64,000 bases of DNA from Rhodospirillaceae bacterium (GTDB lineage Bacteria > Pseudomonadota > Alphaproteobacteria > GCA-2721365): NCBI GenBank assembly GCA_002721365.1, contig PBKC01000092.1, positions 190 to 64,189 of the forward strand, read 5' to 3'. Of the stretch, positions 47,653 through 56,465 are shown in pieces (position 1 is the stretch's first letter; every line of letters starts with the position of its first letter). The notes under the pieces are model-generated. The model was not told the origin of the DNA and searched no databases. It was given only the letters and a program-made list of their open reading frames with translations. A program made the translations under genes and the position numbers.

Positions 47653-47681
47653 GGATCGTTCTCCCACTGACGTCGTATGCG

Positions 47682-49838
47682 TTACCAACGCTGCGTGTAG
47701 CTCACGAGCGCCTTGTAGTTGCGGCCGGGTTCACGCGACGTGGTGAAGACCCGGTCGTAGGCTTTGTCGAAGACGTTATCGATGCCGAGATCGAGACGAA
47801 GGCCGGCGAGCGGCCCCTGCGCGGGCTGCCAGGCGTAAAAGATGTCGTGGACGGCGTAGCCCCCACGGATTTCGGCCGGGTCCGTGGTCTTGTCGAACTC
47901 GCTGGCTGCGATCATCCGCCACCCTGCCACCGAGTCGAATTCAGGCAGCTTGAGCGCGGCATCTACGGTGAGTTCCGGCGGGGTGAGGACACCGAGTTTC
48001 TCGCCGGTGATCTCGTTCTCGCCGTCGACGGTCGAGAAGCCGAGCCCCAACCGCAGGCGGTCGTCCTCATAGCTCATTTCGACCTCCGTGCCCCGCAGCT
48101 CCGCCTGGGGCACGTTGACCGACCGCGTCGTCCCGTCGCAGGAGCCCGGAACGACGATCGGATTACAGTCGACGAAGGGTTCGGGCTGGATCACGTCGAG
48201 GTCGATGAAGTCCTCGCCCTTGATCCGATAGTGCGAAACCTTGACTTCGAAATAGTCCCCCGGCGTGACGACGTCCTGGAAATTGAAACCGCCGCCGAAT
48301 TCGAAGGTCTTGGTCTTCTGGGGACGAAGGTCGGGGTTGGCGACGAAGCGGTTGACGATCCCCAGGAACAGCGGGAAGTGGATGCCGTCGAGGAACAACT
48401 CGTCGACCGCCGGCGCACGGAACGCCTTGCCGTAATTGGCGAACAGCAGGGACCACGTGGTCGGCATGTAGCTGACGCCGATCCGCGGCGAAACCGCCTG
48501 GTCCTCGTTCCCGGACGAGATCGCGCTGGTCGCCTCGTAGTGGTCGTAGCGGATGCCGGGGATGATCACCGCCTCGCCCGGCAGAACGCCGAGCGGCCGG
48601 CTCATCTTTACCTCGGCCTGGCTGTAGACGCCGAAGAACTCGGTCTCGGCATCCGGCACGCCGTCGCGCGGGCCTCCGCCAGCCGCCCCGGCTTGCTTGT
48701 CTCCATATCCTTCCATGCCATAGGTGAAGGTGACTCCCGCCGTCTCGCCGAGCATGAAGCGCGAGCGGTTGTCGATCCGGAAGCCGGTCGTGTCGACGTC
48801 GCGTTCCAGAAGTTCACCCGCGGGCCCGAGGCCGTTGCCGTCAAGCCGAAGCTCGTCCGCCCGCGTCGCCGTGTAGTAGAGCACCGCGTCCAGATTGACG
48901 AGGTGGTTGCCCGGATCGTCATAGCGGTAGGACAGCCGCCAGTTGTCGGAACGGATGTCCTTCTCGACGAGGTTCGTATCGCCGGCGCCCTGGCCGTTGT
49001 TGGGTTCCTCAGCATCGTTGTCGAAGCGCTGGAAGGACGCCTCCACATGATGAAAGTCGGCCACCTCGACGCCGGCCTTGAACAGTGCGGAGACGATATC
49101 GTCGTCACTGCGGTCGCGCTTGGTCCCGTCGCCGAGTTCAATGGAGCCGGACGCCCGCCGGGTGACGCTTGCGACGATGTCCAACTCGTCGGTGGGGCGG
49201 CCGAATACGGTCACGGTACCGACCTTCTCCCGGTTCACCGACTGATAGCCGGTACTGACCGAGTAGCCGTAGCGCTCCCACGGCGAGAGAAAATCCTCGG
49301 CGTTCACGGTCCGCAGCGCGATCACGCCACCCGTCCCGCCACTGCCGTAGAGCGACGACGACGATCCGCGCAGCACCTCGACCTCACGAAGCAGGCTGGG
49401 ATCGATGAAGAAGCGCCCGTCGTGGCCGGCGTTGAAGTTCTGTCGCGCGCCGTCCAGGAGGACGACGACATCGGGGCCGCTGAATCCGCGGATGCTCGGC
49501 ACCTCGCCGGTCCGGCGCGGCCCACCGGCGAACTCGACGCCGGGCACCAGCTTCAGAACGTCGTCGGGAGATGATGCCATCTGGCTGAGGATGCGGTCAC
49601 GCCCTACCACCGAAACCATACCCGGAAACGAGAACGTCCTGACGGGGTTGAGCGTGGCCGTTACGGATACGGTTCCGAGCCTGAGTGGCTCCGCGCCTTC
49701 GGTATCGGTGGTCGCCGCCATACCGGATTCCGCTTCAGCCGGCTTCGCTTCGTCTGCGGTCTGAGCGAACCCAACCGTCAGGGGGGCGCAGACGCCAAGC
49801 ATCAGAGCCGCGCTGCCGACAACACTTTTGTTCATCAT
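47682..49838 (-). CDS. hmuR: TonB-dependent heme/hemoglobin outer-membrane receptor (HmuR-like)
   Basis: Signal peptide, plug and barrel. Heme-receptor FRAP (GKAFRAPAVDELF) and NPDL (NPDLRPQK) boxes. Terminal aromatic ...YTQRW. The antisense ORF 47847-49574 is rejected. Confidence 0.85.
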   Translation of the reverse strand: MMNKSVVGSAALMLGVCAPLTVGFAQTADEAKPAEAESGMAATTDTEGAEPLRLGTVSVTATLNPVRTFSFPGMVSVVGRDRILSQMASSPDDVLKLVPGVEFAGGPRRTGEVPSIRGFSGPDVVVLLDGARQNFNAGHDGRFFIDPSLLREVEVLRGSSSSLYGSGGTGGVIALRTVNAEDFLSPWERYGYSVSTGYQSVNREKVGTVTVFGRPTDELDIVASVTRRASGSIELGDGTKRDRSDDDIVSALFKAGVEVADFHHVEASFQRFDNDAEEPNNGQGAGDTNLVEKDIRSDNWRLSYRYDDPGNHLVNLDAVLYYTATRADELRLDGNGLGPAGELLERDVDTTGFRIDNRSRFMLGETAGVTFTYGMEGYGDKQAGAAGGGPRDGVPDAETEFFGVYSQAEVKMSRPLGVLPGEAVIIPGIRYDHYEATSAISSGNEDQAVSPRIGVSYMPTTWSLLFANYGKAFRAPAVDELFLDGIHFPLFLGIVNRFVANPDLRPQKTKTFEFGGGFNFQDVVTPGDYFEVKVSHYRIKGEDFIDLDVIQPEPFVDCNPIVVPGSCDGTTRSVNVPQAELRGTEVEMSYEDDRLRLGLGFSTVDGENEITGEKLGVLTPPELTVDAALKLPEFDSVAGWRMIAASEFDKTTDPAEIRGGYAVHDIFYAWQPAQGPLAGLRLDLGIDNVFDKAYDRVFTTSREPGRNYKALVSYTQRW

Positions 49839-49887
49839 TCCCGCTTTCCAGCCCCTCTCCTCCGAGACCGGCGAACGTTACTGATAA

Positions 49888-49918
49888 TGACTCGCAATAT
49901 CAATGATATTGCGAGTCA
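49888..49918 (+). promoter_or_regulatory. 31-bp perfect palindrome (15-bp arms) about 50 bp upstream of hmuR; candidate iron/heme-regulator operator
   Basis: TGACTCGCAATATCA-a-TGATATTGCGAGTCA. Every arm position pairs. Preceded by a Fur-box-like CTGATAATGA. Confidence 0.55.
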
Positions 49919-50069
49919 GTCGTAATATCACCCATAGCTGTATCGTTCGGCATTCCGGACGTCGAAGGGAAAGCGCTGAAACGGCGCGCTACTCTCAATT
50001 GCCCTTCTCAGAACGATCGGAGAGCGCAAGATGCGTGTCGGAGATCAATCACGTCGGGAGGCACGGCCA

Positions 50070-50507
50070 ATGGCCATTATCCAGGAATTCCGGGAATTCG
50101 CGGTTAAGGGCAACGTCGTCGACCTAGCCGTGGCGGTGGTGGTGGGTGGTGCTTTCGGTCGGATCGTCACCTCGCTGGTGAACGACATCGTCATGCCGCC
50201 CATCGGCTATCTGGCTCGGGGCATCGACTTTTCGCAGCTGTACATAAATCTGAGCGGCGGCACTTATGAATCGCTCGCCGAAGCGACAGAGGCGGGCGCG
50301 GCAACGATCAATTACGGAGCATTCATCACCACGATCATCAACTTCCTGATCGTCGCCTGGGCGCTGTTCGTGGTCGTTCGTGTCCTCAACCGGCTGAAAC
50401 GGAAGCAGGAAGAAGAGGCGGCGGTCCCGGAGGCCCCGGCCGAAGCGCCGGCCGATGTGAAGCTGCTGACGGAGATCCGCGATCTGCTGAAGGAAGGACG
50501 TCCGTGA
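50070..50507 (+). CDS. mscL: Large-conductance mechanosensitive channel MscL
   Basis: [30 protein letters not shown]... is the canonical MscL N-terminus and TM1. Confidence 0.9.
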   Translation: MAIIQEFREFAVKGNVVDLAVAVVVGGAFGRIVTSLVNDIVMPPIGYLARGIDFSQLYINLSGGTYESLAEATEAGAATINYGAFITTIINFLIVAWALFVVVRVLNRLKRKQEEEAAVPEAPAEAPADVKLLTEIRDLLKEGRP

Positions 50508-50751
50508 ACGGATGACTTCGGCAGAACCGGCAAACACCCGGAGATGGCGGCAGATGAATAAGTCATGAAACTGACATTGCCGCCGGTTTGGGCGCGACCT
50601 ATAGTTACTTCCGGTCCAACTTGTGCATTTTCGTGGCGCCTATTACTCCCGTTTCGGATGGGAAATTCGCCGCAAGGTTGTACGAAAGTTGATCCCGCTG
50701 TCAGGCAGATCTGCCGACGGTGAACGTGTTGCGCCTATGAAGGAAAAGTAC

Positions 50752-50961
50752 ATGCCTACCGGTACCGTGAAGTGGTTTGACACCGTCAAGGGCTATGGGT
50801 TCATCCACCCCGACGACGGTAGCAAGGACGCGTTCGTGCACATTTCCGCGGTCCAGCGGGCGGGCCTGACCAGCCTGACCGAGGGACAGAAGGTCAGCTA
50901 CGAACTCGTCCAGGGCAGAAATGGCAAGATGGCGGCCGACGACCTGAGCGTGACGGGCTGA
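50752..50961 (+). CDS. cspA: Cold-shock protein CspA family
   Basis: MPTGTVKWFDTVKGYGFI... includes RNP1/RNP2 motifs. Long 5' UTR. Followed by an intrinsic terminator. Confidence 0.9.
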   Translation: MPTGTVKWFDTVKGYGFIHPDDGSKDAFVHISAVQRAGLTSLTEGQKVSYELVQGRNGKMAADDLSVTG

Positions 50962-50991
50962 CGAAGAAAAGCCTGGGGGAAAAAGATTTCA

Positions 50992-51021
50992 GGGCCCGCC
51001 GGCAAAACGGCGGGCCCTTTT
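50992..51021 (+). terminator. Rho-independent terminator downstream of cspA
   Basis: GGGCCCGCCG-gcaaaa-CGGCGGGCCC 10-bp GC stem followed by TTTT. Confidence 0.7.
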
Positions 51022-51035
51022 ATATCCGGCGCCCG

Positions 51036-51734
51036 TCAATGCGGAAGCGGAGACACGCCGATCACCAGCGGATGCATTAAAAGCAGCAAAACGAACAGGA
51101 CGACGCCACCGCCGATCCGCGTCCAACCGATGCCGGACGAACCAAAGGCCGCGCGCCCCGCAATGATCGCCGCGAACGGAACGTTGGACGTGCGATCCGC
51201 AAACGACCGCCATGCTTCGCCGTCCGTGGCACGCCGCTTGGCATCGATCAGCACCGTCCCGCTGAGCGCCAGAAGGCCGACGCCGCCCATCAGGATCACG
51301 GAAGCCGCATCGCCGTTCACCAACAGATGCGCGATCGCCCACAAGGCGAAGGCCCACAACATGGGATGACGGGTGACGGCGAGCGCCCCGCGACCTGCGG
51401 TCTCGTCCCGTGCCTGCTCTCCCTGCATCACGGCGGTCGGATTCTTCGCCGTCAGACCGATGACGAGAAGGATCGACGCCGGCAGCATCAGGCCGAGCGT
51501 CACCCAGCGGAGACCGGCCGGTGCCACCCACAGCGTCGGCGCGGCCGGCGCCATCCGGTAGGACAGAATCATCAAGACCATCAGCACGCCCATCAGCGCG
51601 GAATAGGCGCCGAGATAAGGCCTCTGCTCCATGCGCGCGACAAGGCGTGCACGGAGCGGCGTGCTGGAGATGCCGATATGGCCGGCGACGAACGCGAAGG
51701 TCGTCAGGATGAGCGGCCACAAGTTCTCCGTCAT
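51036..51734 (-). CDS. NnrU-family membrane protein
   Basis: Polytopic membrane protein with RHPMLWAF...HLLVNGD and a C-terminal ...HPLVIGVSPLP motif resembling NnrU. Tightly coupled downstream of the acyl-CoA ligase gene. Confidence 0.5.
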   Translation of the reverse strand: MTENLWPLILTTFAFVAGHIGISSTPLRARLVARMEQRPYLGAYSALMGVLMVLMILSYRMAPAAPTLWVAPAGLRWVTLGLMLPASILLVIGLTAKNPTAVMQGEQARDETAGRGALAVTRHPMLWAFALWAIAHLLVNGDAASVILMGGVGLLALSGTVLIDAKRRATDGEAWRSFADRTSNVPFAAIIAGRAAFGSSGIGWTRIGGGVVLFVLLLLMHPLVIGVSPLPH

Positions 51735-51738
51735 CGAC

Positions 51739-53289
51739 CTAGTCCGCGTCTTCCTTTTCGGCCAGCCATGCCTCGACCTCGTGGCGCTGGATCTTACCGG
51801 TAGTGCTGCGCGGAAAATCCGCGAGGGCGACGAAGCGCACGGCCTTCGGCCGCTTGTAGCCGGCGAGATGTTCGCGACAGCGCGCCAGCAGGGTATCGGC
51901 GTCTAGTGATTCGTCGTGGCGTGCCACCACCGCCACCGGCACCTCGCCCCATTGCGGGTCGGGACGGCGCACGACCACCGCGTCGGCGACGCGCGCATCG
52001 GCCAGCAGCACCCGCTCGATCTCGGCCGGATAGACGTTCTCGCCGCCGGTCTTGATCATGTATTTGGCCCGATCGACGAAATCCAGGGTGCCGTCCGGGT
52101 TGCGGCGGAACATGTCGCCCAGATGGAACCAGCCGCCACGGAAATCCCGCACGTTGGTCTCGTCCGCACGCCAATAGCCGCTGAACAGCGTCGGTCCGCG
52201 AAAGGCGAGTTCACCCGGATCGCCGTCGGGCACGTCGTTGTCGTCGTCGTCGACCAGGCGAATTTCACAAAGCGAGCTCTGGCGCTTCGACAGGCCGGCG
52301 GGAATGACGCCCGGCGGAATCATGACGCCGGAGGCCGGCGGAATCCCCGTCTCGGTCGACCCGAAGCTGTTGAGGTACGGCGCGCCGAGCGCCCGCGTAA
52401 CGTCGGCGATCTGCTTCAGCGGCACCAGGTCGGCCATCGCCCCCATCACCTTGATGCCGCGCGGCTTGGCCCCCGCCGCCACGGCCACCTCGGCCATCCG
52501 CTCCACCGTTCCCGGCACCAGGACGAACCAGCTCACGGGCAACTCGTTCAGGATCTCGATCAGGCGTTCGGGGTCGAAGCCGTCGACCATCGACACCCGC
52601 CCGCCGATCAGCAGGCTGCCGATCGCGAGGTCGGTGGACGCCATGTGGAACATCGGCGCCCAGGCGGGAAAGCAGTCGCCGATGCCGACGCCGAAATCGG
52701 CGCAGTAGACCTGGACGCGGGCGATGAAGGCGCGGTGGCTGATCACCGCCCCTTTGGGTCGACCGGTCGTGCCGCTGGTGTAGAGGATGACGAGACCGTC
52801 CTCGGGCTCGGCCACATCGTCGGGCTCGCTCTCGGCGGCGGCGGCGAGACGCGCTTCGTAATCCTCGCCGATCGTCACCACCGTCTCCGCTCCATGGTCG
52901 ATCGCTGCAGCGGCGTCGACGAAGCGCGGCGAGACGACCAGCACCTTGGGCTCCGTCAGGCGAATGCAGTATTCGAGCTCCTCGCCCGCCAGCCGCCAAT
53001 TCTGGGCGGCGACAATGGCGCCGAGCTTGGCGGCAGCGAACTCGAGTTCGACATATTCGGCGCAGTTTTCCGCAAGAATCGCGATCCGGTCGCCGCGGAC
53101 GATGTCGAGCGCCGCCAGGGCATGGGCCAGCCGGTTCACCCGGTTGTTGAATGCGGCATAGGTCCAACGGCGCGGCCCGTCCTCCAGCGCGATAGCATCG
53201 CCCCGAATACGGACCTGCTCACGAAGCAGGCCGCCCACGGTTGCAATCGAGGCACGACGGATAAGGACGCTGGGATCGGTTTCGGGCAT
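51739..53289 (-). CDS. AMP-dependent acyl-CoA synthetase/ligase
   Basis: AMP-binding signature YTSGTTGRPKG and the C-terminal domain of the ANL superfamily. Confidence 0.85.
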   Translation of the reverse strand: MPETDPSVLIRRASIATVGGLLREQVRIRGDAIALEDGPRRWTYAAFNNRVNRLAHALAALDIVRGDRIAILAENCAEYVELEFAAAKLGAIVAAQNWRLAGEELEYCIRLTEPKVLVVSPRFVDAAAAIDHGAETVVTIGEDYEARLAAAAESEPDDVAEPEDGLVILYTSGTTGRPKGAVISHRAFIARVQVYCADFGVGIGDCFPAWAPMFHMASTDLAIGSLLIGGRVSMVDGFDPERLIEILNELPVSWFVLVPGTVERMAEVAVAAGAKPRGIKVMGAMADLVPLKQIADVTRALGAPYLNSFGSTETGIPPASGVMIPPGVIPAGLSKRQSSLCEIRLVDDDDNDVPDGDPGELAFRGPTLFSGYWRADETNVRDFRGGWFHLGDMFRRNPDGTLDFVDRAKYMIKTGGENVYPAEIERVLLADARVADAVVVRRPDPQWGEVPVAVVARHDESLDADTLLARCREHLAGYKRPKAVRFVALADFPRSTTGKIQRHEVEAWLAEKEDAD

Positions 53290-53462
53290 TTCGTCTCAGC
53301 CTTCAGGAACGACTCTTCGCCGCCCGTATATACGAAGCCGCGCGCCTCACGGCAAAGTTTGCGGCGCAAGGCCGTAGGCATCCTCTATAATCGACGGCAA
53401 AAGGCCCCGGAGGCCGCCGATCCCGGATCACGGGACGACGATGATCATGGGAGAGAAACCGC

Positions 53463-54257
53463 ATGCCGATTTCGAGATTGCTGATCGCCGTCACGGCTCT
53501 GACCATTTTCGCATCTGGGGCTGCAGACGCCGCAGCACCGTCCGATCCGCTTCGTTCCCCCGGCTGGGAGAGCATCGTCGAGACCTTCTTTCCCCAATCG
53601 GAGATCCTGTTCGACGATCGGGTGGAAGTGGTCATGCCGACGCGGGTCGAGGACGCCCATGACGTCCCGATGGCGGTCAAGCTGTCGGCGGAGCTCGGTC
53701 ATGTCCGCGAGATCGTCGTCATCGCCGAGAACAATCCGATCCAGCAGGTGGCACGTCTCTACCCGCACCGGCCGTTGAAGGCGATCGGCCTCAAGATCCG
53801 CCTCGAATCGACGACCCCCGTACGCGCCGCGGCCCTGACCGACGATGGCGTCTGGCATGTGGGCTCGACGGCGGCCGAGGTGCTCACCCCTGGTGGCTGC
53901 TCGGTCCCCGACAACCGGGTAGCCGACGAGGTGAGCGACCGGCTGGGCGAGATCGCCTTCAAGACCTTCGACCGCGACGACGGCAGCGCCCGGCTCAAGT
54001 TCCGCATCATCCACCCCATGCAGACCGGCTTCGCGGTAAGCGAGGACGGCGAATACATCCCCGCCTATTTCCTCGAACAGATGCGGATCGGCGACGGCGA
54101 CGGGCCGGTGGTCGACATCGAGAGCCGCGCCGCGATGGCGCCGGACCCCATCGTCACCATCGACGTACCGGAGCTGGGCCAGACTATCCGCATCCAGGCC
54201 CGGGATAGCCAAGGCCTGGAGTTCGAGACCAAGGACGCCGACGAACCGTCGATGTAA
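53463..54257 (+). CDS. Periplasmic SoxY/SoxZ-like fusion protein (quinoprotein dehydrogenase-associated SoxYZ-like carrier)
   Basis: Signal peptide. The N-terminal half ends with a SoxY-like Cys motif (LTPGGCSVPD). The C-terminal half is SoxZ-like. Adjacent MBL and pqq genes. Confidence 0.5.
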   Translation: MPISRLLIAVTALTIFASGAADAAAPSDPLRSPGWESIVETFFPQSEILFDDRVEVVMPTRVEDAHDVPMAVKLSAELGHVREIVVIAENNPIQQVARLYPHRPLKAIGLKIRLESTTPVRAAALTDDGVWHVGSTAAEVLTPGGCSVPDNRVADEVSDRLGEIAFKTFDRDDGSARLKFRIIHPMQTGFAVSEDGEYIPAYFLEQMRIGDGDGPVVDIESRAAMAPDPIVTIDVPELGQTIRIQARDSQGLEFETKDADEPSM

Positions 54258-54264
54258 GGCCGGT

Positions 54265-55260
54265 ATGCGCGCCTTCTCGTTTCTCGGCCTCGTCACCGCC
54301 CTCGTTCTCACCGTTTTCGCTGCTGGCGAACTGCGGGCTCAGGGCATGGGCGGTGGCGATCCCGGCCGCCGCGGCTACACCTACGGGCTGTCGCCGGAGG
54401 AGATCGCCCCCGGCGTCTACGTGTTCTGGGGTGCGCAGGAACCGATGACGCCTGAGAACGGCGCCAACATCGTCAACACCGGCTTCATCGTCGGCGACGA
54501 GTCCGTGCTGGCCATCGACACCGGGCCGACCCGCCTCTATGGCGAGGAGATGCTGGCCACGATCGCCAAGGTCACCGACAAGCCGGTGCGGATGGCGGTG
54601 GTGACCCATCATCACTTCGACCACGCCTTCGGGATGAGCGTCTTCAAGAAGGCCAATATCCCGACAATGATGCATTTCGGGGCAAGGCCGCTGCTGCTCC
54701 GCGACGGCAGCGGCGTCCTCCAGTTCATGGAGATCCTTGTCGGGGCCAACTGGGTGAGCCGGATCGAGGTCGACCGGCCGACCCGTGTCACCAACCGAGT
54801 CGAGACCTTCGACTTGGGCAATCGCAAGGTCGTCGTCACGCCCTTCGAGAACGGCCACACGCCGGGCGATCTCGTTATCTATGACGAGAAAACGAAGACG
54901 CTGTTCGCCGGCGACCTCGCCTTCGTCGGACGGACGCCCACCATCCCCCACGCCGACATCCCGACCTGGCTCGACCAGATCGACATCATCGAGGCGATGC
55001 CCTGGGATCGGCTGGTGCCGGGCCACGGCCCCCTGGTCACCGACCGCGCCCAGCTAACGCCGATGGCCGACTATCTCCGCTATCTCGACGACTACGTGAA
55101 GCGGGCGGTGGCCAACGGCGAAACCCTCGCCGACAGTCTCGACCCCCCGCCGCCGGAACGATTCCGCGACCTCGCCGAGATCGGCGTCGAATACCAGCGG
55201 GCACTTCTCAAGCTGTTCCGCGACGTCGAGCGCCAGGAACTCGACACGACGGTGCGCTGA
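54265..55260 (+). CDS. Periplasmic metallo-beta-lactamase-fold zinc hydrolase (quinoprotein relay system zinc metallohydrolase-like)
   Basis: Signal peptide. MBL motif VVTHHHFDHAFG plus downstream His/Asp ligands (GHTPGD, PGHGP). Confidence 0.75.
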   Translation: MRAFSFLGLVTALVLTVFAAGELRAQGMGGGDPGRRGYTYGLSPEEIAPGVYVFWGAQEPMTPENGANIVNTGFIVGDESVLAIDTGPTRLYGEEMLATIAKVTDKPVRMAVVTHHHFDHAFGMSVFKKANIPTMMHFGARPLLLRDGSGVLQFMEILVGANWVSRIEVDRPTRVTNRVETFDLGNRKVVVTPFENGHTPGDLVIYDEKTKTLFAGDLAFVGRTPTIPHADIPTWLDQIDIIEAMPWDRLVPGHGPLVTDRAQLTPMADYLRYLDDYVKRAVANGETLADSLDPPPPERFRDLAEIGVEYQRALLKLFRDVERQELDTTVR

Positions 55261-55267
55261 GGGCGCT

Positions 55268-56260
55268 TTACTCCTCCGCCGTCCCCACCGGCACCCGCGC
55301 TTCCATCGGCAGGGCCGGATCGGCGGACCATTCGGCGAGGGAGCCGTCGTAGATCACCGCTTCGTCGTTCCCCATCAGTTCGTGGGCGACGAACCAGCCG
55401 AGTGAGCTTTCCAGCCCTGAGTTGCAGAAATAGATGACCCGGCCGGTGGTCGGCACGCCAGCCGCCGCGAACAGGGTGTCGAGATCATGGCCAGTACGGA
55501 ACACCAGCCCACGATCGACGGTGAGCCAGGTGAGCGGCAGGTTGAGCGCCCCCGGCAGCGTGCCGGGGCGAGCAGTGATCGGCTCCCGGTTGACGCCCAA
55601 GAAGTAGTCCGTCGCGCGCAAGTCGACATGGGGCGTGCCGGCAGCGAGCGCCGTCTCCACCGCCGCCTTGTCGACCACCACACCGGCTGCCGGCTCGGCG
55701 TCGAAAACAGTCGGCTCCGGTGTCCGGTCGCCCGTCTCGACATCATTTTGCCAGTCGGCGATCCAGGCCGGAAAACCGCCGTCGAGGATCGAGACCCGTT
55801 TGAGGCCGGCCACCTTCATGATCAGGTACATCCGCGTCGTCTCGGCGGCGGAGACGTCGTCCAGGGACGTATTGTAGAGGACGACATGGCTGTCGCCGGC
55901 GATGCCGAGCCCGCCGATCAGCTTTTCGAGCTGCGGCCGCGGCGGGATCATCATCGGCACGCCGCCGACATGAGCGCGCCAGCCGTCTTCGTAGAAATTC
56001 GTGTAGACCGCGCAGGGGACGTGGCCGACCCGGTAGTCGTCCCGCGAGCGCCGCACATCGACCACGACGAGGCCGGATTCGCAGAGGTGTTCCGACAGCC
56101 AGGAGACGGCGACGAGCGGCCCCGGATAATTCGAATCCGTTTCCGCCGCCGCTTGGCCGGCAATGAACGAAATCACTGCGGAAAAGGCGGAAAAAACGGC
56201 GAAAAACGCGGCTATCCGCTTCGCCACATTCGGAAAACTGATCCGGACTATAGCTTTCAT
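55268..56260 (-). CDS. Secreted tandem-rhodanese sulfurtransferase (TST/MST-like)
   Basis: Signal peptide. Two rhodanese domains, the second carrying the active-site Cys loop (FCNSGLESS). Confidence 0.8.
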   Translation of the reverse strand: MKAIVRISFPNVAKRIAAFFAVFSAFSAVISFIAGQAAAETDSNYPGPLVAVSWLSEHLCESGLVVVDVRRSRDDYRVGHVPCAVYTNFYEDGWRAHVGGVPMMIPPRPQLEKLIGGLGIAGDSHVVLYNTSLDDVSAAETTRMYLIMKVAGLKRVSILDGGFPAWIADWQNDVETGDRTPEPTVFDAEPAAGVVVDKAAVETALAAGTPHVDLRATDYFLGVNREPITARPGTLPGALNLPLTWLTVDRGLVFRTGHDLDTLFAAAGVPTTGRVIYFCNSGLESSLGWFVAHELMGNDEAVIYDGSLAEWSADPALPMEARVPVGTAEE

Positions 56261-56334
56261 CCCCGCGGAAAACGCCTAAGTAAGACCCTGCCGGCTCGGA
56301 CCGGCCCAAGAAGCATCAAGCTGGAGGAAACCTT

Positions 56335-56412
56335 ATGTGGACCAAGCCCGTCATCCATGAAGTGGCCGTCGGCCTCGAGATCAACTGCTACGCCTGCGCC
56401 GAGCTCGGCTGA
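56335..56412 (+). CDS. pqqA: PQQ precursor peptide PqqA (25 aa)
   Basis: MWTKPVIHEVAVGLEINCYACAELG carries the conserved E-x3-Y crosslink pair. GGAGGA RBS 7 nt upstream. Immediately precedes pqqB. Too short to appear in the ORF track. Confidence 0.8.
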   Translation: MWTKPVIHEVAVGLEINCYACAELG

Positions 56413-56465
56413 CGGCGGATGGCCGTCCGCGGCCATCCTGATGACGACCAGCGCAGGAAACCAGC

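Noticed and set aside
47847-49574. 575-aa plus-strand ORF opposite hmuR
   Set aside because: Antisense to the TonB-dependent receptor. No domain features.
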